Below the pieces are notes generated by a model, which made no database searches, was not told the DNA's origin, and was given only the letters and a program-made list of their open reading frames with translations. 64,000 bases of DNA from Eledone cirrhosa (Eukaryota): NCBI GenBank assembly GCA_964016885.1, contig OZ024741.1, positions 197,036,001-197,100,000 of the forward strand, read 5' to 3'. This document shows, piece by piece, positions 53,700-64,000 of the stretch (position 1 is the first letter of the stretch; each line of letters opens with the position of its first letter). A program made the translations under genes and the position numbers.

Positions 53700-55432
53700 A
53701 TATTCCTTACCACATGCAGCATGACGTTAATTCACATTGGCACTCTCACAAATGTCATCATTAAAATGTTTGTCAAAGCCCTTTCGTCACACATTTGTGA
53801 CCTCTTCAGTGAAGAATGTTATTTTGTGTCTCCTTTGTTTTGTCCTACACCATCTTGTTTTTGTGTGCTGTGGACTTGGGCTGCGCATGCGTTAAAAGAG
53901 TGTGTTTGTTTATTTGTATGTTTATTTACTTGTTCTATCTGTGTGTGTCTGGTTTGATTTAGTAGTTTGGTTCTTGTGTGTGTATGTTTTTATCTTGTCC
54001 ATTGCATCTGTTCTCTGTATTGATATGATTTTTATCTCTATGTTCTCTAGTGTGCCCCCATGTTGCATTCTGGCATGTTGGTGGCGTACTGATGAGTATT
54101 TCCCAACTAAGAGTTCTCGCCAGTGTCGCCAGTGTTCATTCATCCTTTCTCTTATGCCATTGGTCATCTCACCTATGAATGTCGTTTTCCTATTTCTACA
54201 CTGTCCTTCCATACATCTTATGCTGCAGTTAATCTGTGGGCTTAATTTGTAGATAATACATTTTCTATCGGTGTAGGGCGTTTTCTCAAAAGGTTATGTT
54301 CGACTAATTAGGGCTTTTATGGGAATACATGGTTTTTCAACTATCTTAATATTTAATTTTAGTTTGTCTAGAGCCTTTCTAAACCTGTAAGCTAGTTTCC
54401 TCTGGGGTTTGCATTGATGAACATTACACTCTGGTATTTGTTGCTGTCATACCACGAGTTGATCTTATTAGTCTTCTTCTTAATTCTCTCTATCTTATTC
54501 CAAATTTTCTCCTATACAAGGGGAAAGTCCCATTCGCAAAATTTTCTATAATCTTTGTCCATTTGGTCCTGGCTCCTTTATATACCCTGATCTTGTCTCT
54601 CTGATTGTAGCCAGAGAACTGCATGCAGCGGATGAAGTGTTGTGTCTCTCTAATTCTTTCGAATTGTACACGTGGGACACATTCTTCATCACTCTTAAGT
54701 CCGCAATCAGTGTGTTAACTTTCATGTTATCCGAAATGGCTGAGTTGCGGTCGATCAGGTACTTGGAGGCCATGGGTTTGGCATAATACGAATGGAGGAT
54801 TTGTATCCTATTATTAATCATTTCTAACCAGAGTTCTGTGTCTAATACAGGTAATCTCTGGCTGGGGTGTTTGGTTAGGTATTCTATGGTAACTTTTATA
54901 CTCTAGTGGATGGAGTTTGCTATTTGCTGTTCATGTTGTTCCTTTCTAATTCCTGATTGTTTTCCTGCATTGGAGTTTTCACTACGATGATATCTACGTA
55001 GCGGGGATACATAGCCTCGCTTATAGAGTTCTCATCTAAGCGTTCTTTAAGTTTCCTGGCCCACTATACCGTAAAGAAGTTAGCTACATCACCAGCAATG
55101 CTGACGCCAACGACACCCTACCCTCTTAGAGATATGTTCTGCCATTAAACTTAAACATATGTCCCTTAAGGGTTAGTCATATACTGGCCCCACCGCATGT
55201 GCGATCATTTTCTTTAATTGGTCGCGGTTTTCGGGGATCCGGATGCCTCTGGTACCAACGCTCCATCTGTCTGTGTGGGTCTTCTTGGTCTTGTGGAACA
55301 GAGACTACTAAGGTCGTGTGTATCTAAGTAATCCTTATCTTTCGTAAACCTAAGTAGCAGTCCCAGCTCACTGGCGTCAAACCCATTGAATTCTACTTCA
55401 CTCTTGCTAATCATCTTTTTATTGGCAGCATG
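53700..55432 (-). mobile_element. Penelope-like element (RT plus GIY-YIG endonuclease plus 3' pLTR), decayed
   Basis: GVSIAGDVANFF, RYVDI, YYAKPMASKYLIDRNSAI, C...TFIGEMTNGIRERMNEH...VRHQHARMQH. Confidence 0.9.
53772..53813 (-). ncRNA. Minimal type-I hammerhead ribozyme motif in the PLE pLTR
   Basis: tca CTGAAGA g GTCACA aatg TGTGAC GAAA gggc tt tga: both core boxes, 6-bp stem II and 3-bp stem I. Confidence 0.7.
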
Positions 55433-55499
55433 ACCCTCCAAAAGTAAATACACACACACATATATATTATAAAATAACAAGAGGCTGGACTGGTGGAAT

Positions 55500-55680
55500 T
55501 CCTTAAAGGTTTATTATACTATGAACATGTCAATGACTGGGTTCAGTATGAATCCGGTGACATCATCAGGTATTCGAAATTTAACAAAGGAATATAATAG
55601 ACTCAATCCATGGGGCTGAAAAGGCCGAGAGACGAGAGGGCGGGCAAACATTCAGCAGTTTCCAGTCCGGTTGGCCGCCC
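55500..55680 (-). mobile_element. PLE 3' end plus pLTR remnant with broken hammerhead
   Basis: FQPHGLSLLYSFV (PLE C-terminal P.GLN motif), followed by CTGATGA TGTCA..hairpin..TGACA lacking GAAA. Confidence 0.55.
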
Positions 55681-56309
55681 TCAAGAAATATATATATATA
55701 TAATTATGAAACGACGCTTGTCGAATAGAATGGACACAGCTTCGGTTATTCATTCACTCATTCAATAATTTAATTAAGTCCGTATCATTAAAATTCGAAC
55801 TTGAGTATACACTTATAAGTTTATCAGTGAGCAAGACGATTTCGTGTGGGTAGGAAATTTAAGATACCCGGACCTATGTACCAGTTTCTACGAATCCGAT
55901 CCAGCGGCGGTGGTCCGAATGGAACCACAATGTACAATAATTAGGTAATGTTATTATGCATTACATATGTTGACAGGAACCGCGTCGTCAGCAGGAGTTC
56001 ACCTCCCTGGAATAGAAAGTTTCGTACGGCGTGTTAGTACATCACGTTGATGGATACAGGTGAATGTAATAGTAATCCTCAACTTTCAGTGATTTGTGGC
56101 GTCACATCAAAGAGACGGTAAACCAAGCCTGACCATTTACAGTGAACACATAATAGGAGTATTCAATACCGAAGTAGAGTTTTAATATTCATTTTATTAA
56201 GGGTAAATATTGAGTTTTGTTATCCTGGGGTTTCGCCTGTTTATCACAGGGTCATCAGAAAAGAAACGCCGGCAAAGCGAGCGAGACCGGAGACCAAGGC
56301 CACCATTTC

Positions 56310-56500
56310 TAACAGGAAAGAGGCAGTTGCTGCATCTCCACGCTGTGAGGGCACTGGAGGCTCGACGCGTCAGGCCAACACAACAAATGTGGTCGACTGG
56401 TGGTGATGGAGAGTGGGGCGTGGAGCCGGGGACTGGAGCACTATGCAGCAACATGGGTGTCTCGTTGGCTGTCACGGAGCCGGGCGCTTGGCTCAATAGT
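56310..56500 (-). mobile_element. Half PHD finger, probably from a retroelement N-terminus
   Basis: HICCVGLTRRASSALTAWRCSNC (H-x2-C...W-x-C-x2-C). Confidence 0.45.
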
Positions 56501-56639
56501 GAGTGGGTGGAGGGGAAATACTGGAATCAGAGGGAAGTGCGCAGGATGATGATATGAGGGAGGCGTCATATCTCGCCTACACCAGATCCATTCAAGAAAA
56601 TATATAAAAAAATATTTTAAAAGTTATAAAAGATTTTAA

Positions 56640-56676
<37 letters not shown>

Positions 56677-57069
56677 CAAGATGCATATACTCGCATGAAA
56701 ACCTAAAAACACGCACACACACACATATATATATATATACACACACAGATAAATATTCATACATACACATATGTACATAGACAGATACGTATGAACGTCC
56801 GTACACACACAAACATGCGTACATATATACACATATGTAAATACATGTCTACACACAGGCATGCTTACATATATGAATATATAAGTTCCAATTCAAACAT
56901 ACATATATGCGAGGGGCAGGAGGGTATATGAGTATTGTGGTGATAGAGGGGGAGTGGATGTGGTGGGGGGTGACGGCGGTGGTGAAGTGGGAATATGTAA
57001 CCTCCATCGTAGTTACCTTATATTTCACATGTACTTATCATCGATACCACCCCGCCATCATTCATTCAA

Positions 57070-57255
57070 CCGTCACAGCTTCTACAATGGAGACCTTTGG
57101 TGTCCTTGGCCCTAGGGCTACCTCCCTACTTACCACTATAGGCGCTGAGCTGGCTAGCCGCAGCTGATACCCTCGCGAGATGGAGTGGCTCTTCCAGCGC
57201 ATCTCCCTTACCATCCTCCGGGGAAATGCCTTCTCCATTTTGTCCGCTGGGGCCG
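57070..57255 (+). mobile_element. CRE-clade C-terminal (REL endonuclease tail) fragment
   Basis: METFGVLGPRATSLLTTIGAELASRS*YPREMEWLFQRISLTILRGNAFSIL. Confidence 0.85.
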
Positions 57256-57736
57256 TGGGGCGGCCAGCACGTGGGACCCCATTTGCTCATGATAGAGAGA
57301 GAAATGGAGGCGATGACAGTGGGAGTTCGGCTCTTCTGTGTTCGGACCTGGTGTGTAGCGTCAATCAAGTGTTTCTTTAGGCTGCCGGAGCAGGAAGTGA
57401 GACAGGAGTCATCTCTTGACAAGGTCTGAGGTGTTCTTGTTCCTTCGAAGTTCAGAATGCGAGAGAGAGAGAGTTATGCCTTGATGTCCTCAAATATATA
57501 GTCCCCAGGGGGACGCAACTCCATTTAGTACATGGATCTGCCACAGGGAGTCGCGACCGTCACAAAGGGACGCAACTCCTATACGTGCTGAGTTACAGCC
57601 GTAAGGGGCCGCTACAGTATGCTACCAATATTAATTATATATTCCCATAAACTTCACCATACCCAATTCTTTAATTCCAAACTAGGATGCTTCATACTAT
57701 CTCTCTCGTGTGTGTGAGTGTGAGTGTGTGCGCGCG

Positions 57737-58237
57737 CCCAGTACAACCTGTCACATGGTCGGGTCGTTGGCGACTAAACCGGGAACCCCACAAGTTTACT
57801 TGGTGAGGAGGGGGGGGGGTTTGGACACCCCGCAGAACAAAAAACAAAACCCGACAAAGGCCGGAAGAACTCATAAGAGTTAACGGCCATCCAAAAGTGT
57901 GTAAATATGTATGTACATATGTATGTATATGTGTATAAACATGGGTGCATGTGTATGTATATGCGCAGGAACATAGAAATAACCGGGCTGGACACCCGAT
58001 CGCGCGATTAAACCACTGGGAATGAAAGCCCCCTAGCCTTTGTCAGAGCATTCTTCTAGGAGAAGGCAACTCAGGAAACTGGGATAACTCCGATATAAAA
58101 GCTGCAGCTCAGTAGTTATCGATGATGTTGATCTTTTCTTCTTTTCGGGTTATAGCTACTGTCGCTCAGAGAGTGGGATTGGCTCAGTGCACAGTCTTTC
58201 TTCACTTTAAAAAATATCTTCACGTACAGGCATTGTA
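57737..58237 (+). mobile_element. Extended copy of the structured repeat with RTE-like 5' block
   Basis: 57737-57893 plus 58030-58237 are homologous to 58815-59210 (ctaggagaagg.aactc..gatataa). Confidence 0.7.
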
Positions 58238-58530
58238 CGATAGAATTAATTAATAATTATTAATAATGGGTTATTGTGCAATGCCCATACTCGATAACGA
58301 GGGGTCAGCCAGCATGTATGTATGTATGTATGTATGTTCTTCTGGTTTTATAATTTCACAAAGTTTTACCAATAGAGTCGGTTTCTAACAGACACAAGAC
58401 TCTCATTGGAATTTACACAACATCAACTAGGTAGATATGTATGTATGCATGCATGTGTGGATGTGGATGTTTTGAGTTGTATGTGTGCATGTGTATATGC
58501 TTTGTATCTGTACATGTGTATATGCAGTTA

Positions 58531-58787
58531 TTAGATGCAACATTTTTGGAATGTTTTACATATTTTTACTGTTCCATTAATGGATTGTACTTGTAATTTC
58601 CTAACTAGTTGTGTTCTTTCTGTTCCCGTGAAGCCTAGTTTCTCAAGATTTGTATTGAAGCAGTTACTAACATATTCCAGTGCCCCAATAATCACAGGCA
58701 TAAATCTGAAGGTGTAATCAGGGTGGAATATCTGCAGATTTCTCATCAGTTCTGCATAAATATTCTCCTTTTCACTAATCTTTGATA
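58531..58787 (-). mobile_element. R4/Dong-type 3' terminus
   Basis: LQIFHPDYTFRFMPVIIGALEYV...LQVQSINGTVKICKTF. Confidence 0.8.
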
Positions 58788-59259
58788 TTATATGTATGTA
58801 TGTATGTATGTTATGGTCAGATCACCAGTTGGTGCTACTGGTAACATGTATCCCAGTACAACCTGTCTCATGGTCGGGTCGTTGGCAACTAAACTGGCAA
58901 CCCCACCAAGGTTTCTTGGTGAGGAGGGCGACTTTGGACATCCTGCAAGACTAAAAACAAAACCTGTCAAAGGGCAAAGGAGCTCTTAAGAGTCAATGGC
59001 CATCCAAAATCACCGGGAGAGATGACCCCTTAGCCTTTATCAAGGCAGAATTCTAGGAGAAGGAAAACTCTGATATAACACCTGCAACCCTGATGGTATC
59101 CAATGATGTTGACTTGTTCTTTTTGGTAAATATCATCTTGGTTAAGAGAGTGGGACTGGCTTTGTGCAGTGCTTTTGCTCACTATAAAAGCTTCACGGCA
59201 CAGGCATTGCTTTATATCTGGAGATCTCTCTGCACTTGTCATCACATGGTACCATGGGC

Positions 59260-59419
59260 CCAGCACTATGTGTCAATAATTGTCACAAGTATAGTGTTTG
59301 TACAGAGTTTTCAAGTCGCTGGCTGGACTAAAAAGTCACACTTGATCATCGCATCGGTAGGGGTTCTCCTACATAGATATAAAGTAGTGGCCGTACTCGA
59401 AAACGAGTTGGCAGCCACC
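59260..59419 (+). mobile_element. BovB-type RTE 3' end, second copy, fused behind the 58815-59260 module
   Basis: Near-identical to 18750-18910; (ATGT)n tail. Confidence 0.8.
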
Positions 59420-61209
59420 ATGTATGTATGTATGTGTGCATGTGTGCATGTATGCATGCGTGCATGCATGCATGCATGCATGCATGCATGCATGCATGTA
59501 TGTATGTATGTATGTATGTATCTCGTCTCTTACACAGCAGGACACCGTTTTGGCTTGTATCAGACGTTGTGACCCCGGGTGGACCAGCAGTACCGCTAGT
59601 AGGGATCGAAACTGCCAGAAATACATTTCTACGGCCGATGACCCTGGAATTCTGTGTCTTTCGTTTGTATTTTAATTTATTTTTTAAATAGTTTTTTTAA
59701 GTTCCACTTAAAAAATTGTTTTTCGTTTTGCCTTGTTTTCGTTTGCTGTCTTGTTCTCCCTCTGTTAATTTTCCTAAGTTTATAGTGTGTGTGTCTGTGT
59801 GTGTGTGCGTGCGTGCGTGCGTATATTATATATATATATCAGTAACCGGCAAACACTGATACTTTGAGAAAGTGAAAGTGACAAATTGGCTACAATCAAG
59901 TATCGGGTTTCTTTCAACTTACACTACTGTTTCAGAAAAGGGCACATTGATTGACGTGGTCTTGTATGCACTGTGCATAAGAAAAGGACAGGATGGGCAC
60001 AAATGGAATACCTTTGATTAAAGGACTTCTAACTCAGCGCTGGTCTGGGGCTACACATCAATGACATGGTATTAAAATTATCTTCCTTTCATGATTTTAA
60101 TCGCTGATAACTGATATAAAAAAAAATAACAAACAGCGTTTATTGTTATTTAACTCCAGGTTAACCTTATCATCCAGCAGACATTTGATGAAAGACGTTA
60201 CACTTATGACCATTGCATCTTTTTCTATCAAGGACTACAATGTCCGATGTATACTTTATTTAAGACAATATAGGGTGATATTTGTGGGGATTTGGTTATT
60301 ATTCCCATCACAAAGAATGGTCGCGAACAGGCTATGCCGTAGCTCATGCAAGTGTACGTATACACATGTCCGACTGTGCATGTGGGTGTATACATAATAG
60401 CTGGGATTGTAAGGTAAAGACGTTCTAGATAGAGCGCATGCGCGGCGAAGATGACTGTACTTGACAATGATAGTGCAAGGGTGATGCATGCGTGTATTTA
60501 TAGCAATGATAGTGTGTAGGCATGAAATTAGGGGAAATTAGGGCGTGTATGTATAGAGGGGGGAGGCTTGAAAAATAAGAAGGGGAAATTGTCAGTGCGT
60601 GGGTTTTTTTCATAGTTATAATGTGGAGGGGTAGCGTCAGTAACCTTTTAAGACCCTTCAAGTATAGAGCTAATATTAATTTGAAAATCCTATCTAATAA
60701 CTAAATAAGTTTTTCACCTATGTCTAGTTTCGTTCAATGGTTTTTTTGTTTTTATTCTATTTCTTTTATCTTAATCAAACAATCTTTTCGTAATCACTTT
60801 TTACAGCTGTAATACATTCCCGTGGTTGAGAGCAATGCAATATATTTAGTAAATAGATAATTAGTAGAAAGGTGGATGGGAAGTTGGGTTATGTTGGAAT
60901 TCAAATTGATACTTAAAAACATATAAATATGAAAAAAGAAATATTTTTGTTCAGTAGCAATGTGACACCATCTTCAATATTATAGTGAACTTGAGTTCCA
61001 GCAATTTAAAGAAATACTGTAATAAGGCTTTTGTGTACAATATATCTTAATCATGCTAAAAAGTACTTCAGGTCTATATTGCTTCCATAAGGTTAACTTT
61101 GCCTTTCATCCTTATGGGGTCGATAAAATAAAGTACCAGTAATACACTAGGTAATTGCTGGCCTTGTGCCAAAAAGGTAGAAACAATTAATATATATATA
61201 TATACATAC

Positions 61210-61400
61210 AGGGCGGTGGATTGGCAGTATAGGTAGAGGGTCGGACGCCATGCTTTCCAGCATAGTTACGTCTTTTTAGGATCTGAGTTCAAATCCCGCC
61301 GAGGTTAACTTTGCTTTTCATCCTTACGGGGTCGATAAAATAAAGTATTAGTAATGTACTGAGTAATTGCTGGCCTTGTGCCAAATGTAGAAACAATTAA
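61210..61400 (+). mobile_element. Full tRNA-derived SINE with (TA)n tail
   Basis: tggcagtataggtag A box, gagttcaaatcc B box, aactttgcttttcatccttacggggtcgataaaataaagta, tail gctggccttgtgccaaa.gtagaaac. Partial copy at 61090-61190, full copy at 63562-63750. Confidence 0.85.
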
Positions 61401-61629
61401 TATATATATATATATATATACATATATTTGTAGAAATGTGGTCAGCTCAATCACAGAAATTACTGTAAAAAACGGTTGCTATAAATAATTAAAGAATAGA
61501 AATTTGGGTAAAATACACTGAAGACTGAGAAGAGTGGTCAACGGTCACCAACGAACTCAAAGCCTTCTAGAAACAACAGTGAGCGGCTAAGAGAAGAGGG
61601 AGAGAGAAAAGAAGACAGATATAGAAAAT

Positions 61630-61780
61630 GTGCCATTACCTCATCAGCTTCCAGCTATCTGAACAGTTTCAGATATATTGGTTGCAGCAATAGAATGTAG
61701 AGTAGGTTACCATTGTAGCGATGGAAGTTACAGGTGGATAGAATGGATGTTTGTCTGTTGTTTGGAGGTTTGTGTTCATT
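61630..61780 (-). mobile_element. Possible PLE 3' remnant with 5' half of a hammerhead
   Basis: NFHRYNGNLL..LLQPI resembles NFNRD.G..L...W.PI, followed by CTGATGAGG. Confidence 0.4.
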
Positions 61781-62419
61781 GTAGCATGGCAGAGGTTGTC
61801 GTAGTAATTATTGATGGCTTGATGGGTGATTATGAATAAGGTAAAATTGTTCCCTATATCCCATATATCTGTGTGAAATGCAGATGAATGAACAAATAAA
61901 ACATGATAGCTACTAAAATATATTTATTAAGTTAATAGCCTTGTTGTGATATATGTGCGTGCAATGATTCAAAAGATGGTATTTACTGTACTTCTGTAAA
62001 TGATGATGATCATTTGCCTGGCAGAGAGAGAGAGCGCTAGAGACCCACATGGATCTGTGAAAATGTTTTTTACTACATTTTACCTGCAAGAAATCAACTC
62101 TATAACTCTTTACTTTGACTTTGCAACTCTCGCTATTTATCACTATCACTCATTCAGTCTCCAGAACACGAGAATAAGCAGATGGCAGTTTCCATGTAAA
62201 AATTGTAGACCTAATGATGTCTAAAAAAAACTATTACAATAGAAACTTATCTACGAGGCCACAGGTCAACTTTTTGGTGGCCACTTGATAGTGCAAAAGA
62301 AAAACTATTGGGGGGGGGGGGGGTATCAAACAACTGCTCCATACATTATATATATATATATATACACACTAAGAATAAAGGAACAAAGAGTCAGTGTTGC
62401 ATCATAACATATTTAATAA

Positions 62420-62509
62420 CATATTACATATGCTTCACTGTTGATCAGTTCGAGGAACTATTTATTATTGATTGAACCTGGCTCTGGAATCGAAAGATCC
62501 TCAGATATG
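62420..62509 (-). ncRNA. Hammerhead motif, left arm (GAAA changed to GAAG)
   Basis: catat CTGAGGA tctttcgat...atcaacagt GAAG catatg TA atatg; 5-bp stem I. Confidence 0.6.
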
Positions 62510-62545
62510 CCTCGGTATGTAAGATGACGAGCTTATATACCGAGG

Positions 62546-62617
62546 CCTATCTGAGGATCTTTCGATCAATAATAGATCGTTCCTCGAGCTAATCGATAGT
62601 GAAACATATGTAATATG
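62546..62617 (+). ncRNA. Type-I hammerhead ribozyme motif, right arm, intact core
   Basis: tat CTGAGGA t ctttcgat...atcgatag t GAAA CATATG T A ata; palindromic stem III, GUA cleavage triplet at 62610-62612. Confidence 0.75.
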
Positions 62618-62734
62618 TTATTAAATATGTTATGATGCAACACCGACCCTTTGTTCCTTTATTCTTATAGTATTATACTCTGCTCTGTGCGAGCATCGAG
62701 TGCTCACCCAGCATACTGCCTATGGACACAATTT

Positions 62735-62895
62735 TCTTGCACCTATGCACTAGCAAGGAATTAAGCATGCAGTTCGGTGTCCACCAGGGCTCTGTTCTTA
62801 GCCCTCTCCTGTTCATTATAGTATTGCAGGCAATAACGAAGGAGTTTAACACCGAATGCACATGGAAACTCCTATATGCGGATGTTCTCACACTT
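62735..62895 (+). mobile_element. RTE RT fragment
   Basis: GVHQGSVLSPLLFIIVLQAITKEF...WKLLYADVL. Confidence 0.9.
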
Positions 62896-63469
62896 ATTAA
62901 AATAACAGATTAAAGTTTAAGCAAAGAATCGCTGCTTTCACCCTTAACAGGATCTTCTGAAACTAAAAAAAATCAATCTGTGAACGCAGAAGTAAAGATT
63001 TCGAAAAACGTTGCAACCGAAGGAAAACAGGAAGACGAAACTTTGGTTCATGAAGAAGTTCCCTGACAATGAACGGAAATTATTATTACTTTTATGATTT
63101 TAATAACCTCTGTCATTTTCGTTCAACTAATTTATTTACATTATTCTTAACTCCGAAGCCGAGAATCATTCGGTTTTCTAAATAGAATATTAGTCTAATG
63201 ACTCCATTTACACCATAAACGTGGTTTTGTCTTTGCGTGTATTTGTTCTCATTGCTCCACATAACGATGTATTATCTTCGCCTTTTTCCGTTCATTGCCA
63301 GGGAACATCTTCATGAACCAACATTACGTCTTCCTGTTTTCCTTCGGTTGCAACGTTTTTCGAAATATTTACTTTTGCGTTCACAGATTGATTTTTTTAG
63401 TTTCAGAAGATCCCGTTAAGGGTGAAAGCAGCGATTCTTTGCTTAAACTTTAATCTGTTATTTTAATAA
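62894..63469. repeat. Foldback structure: ~185-bp inverted repeats around ~205-bp spacer
   Basis: 62894-63078 is the reverse complement of 63284-63469, with few mismatches. Confidence 0.92.
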
Positions 63470-64000
63470 ATATTTGCTCTAGGGTTCTTATATATTTGAT
63501 ATATATTTATCCTTATCGAACCCTCTTTGGATTTTAGTCTTCAAATTTATCATTATTATTATGGATTGGCAGTATCGGTAGAGGGTCGGACGCCATGCTT
63601 TGACGCATAGAGTTACGGCCCTTGCCATTTTGAGTTCAATCACGCCGAGGTTAACTTTGCCTGTCATCCTTACGGGGTCGATAAAATAAAGTACCAGTAA
63701 TACACTGGGTAATTGCTGGCCTTGTGCCTAACGTAGAAACAATTATTATATATATATATTGCTGGCCTTGTGCCTAAAATAGAAACAATTATTATATATA
63801 TATATATATACACACATACACACATCAAACCAAAGGCCTCAGGCTAGTGTGTTGGGGGCAGACATCTCGAACCAGCTTGTACATGATAAAAAACCCAACA
63901 TATGACCAACCAATGATAACCACATACATCAATTGAACATTCAGCCCAGCATCAACATCAGTAATACAGAGCAGAAGAGTTACCAGACTCAATGATACAT

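Larger units (their letters stand above)
62370..62668. repeat. ~300-bp palindrome made of two divergent pLTR-like arms
   Basis: taagaataaaggaacaaag...gcctcggtat / ataccgaggc...ctttgttcctttattctta; one arm has an ~18-bp indel. Confidence 0.92.

Noticed and set aside
60432-60445. GCGCATGCGC NRF1-like motif as a promoter
   Set aside because: Isolated motif; a similar one occurs inside the PLE pLTR (53882), and no exon is nearby.

Overview
AT-rich, microsatellite-dense eukaryotic DNA; the SINE/RTE repertoire points to an octopod cephalopod (inference). Almost all long ORFs are decayed retroelements. These are two PHD-finger-bearing RTE-clade LINE families (about 9 copies or fragments, best copy 19731-23390), BovB-type and other RTE pieces, two long decayed CRE-clade elements plus fragments, R4/Dong-type fragments, and several Penelope-like element (PLE) remnants. 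They are interspersed with tRNA-derived SINEs, TTAA-flanked MITEs and Helitron-like pieces. A chain of small minus-strand exons (17179-17199, 14969-15022, 1054-1145) suggests an unannotated host gene whose introns span much of the left part. The most notable structures are: (i) minimal hammerhead ribozyme folds, including a back-to-back pair inside a 300-bp palindrome at 62370-62668; (ii) one LINE family carrying in its 3' UTR the module that forms the 5' UTR of the other; (iii) several long foldback palindromes. Nothing prokaryotic (CRISPR, operons) is present. All calls were made by eye and boundaries of decayed elements are approximate.
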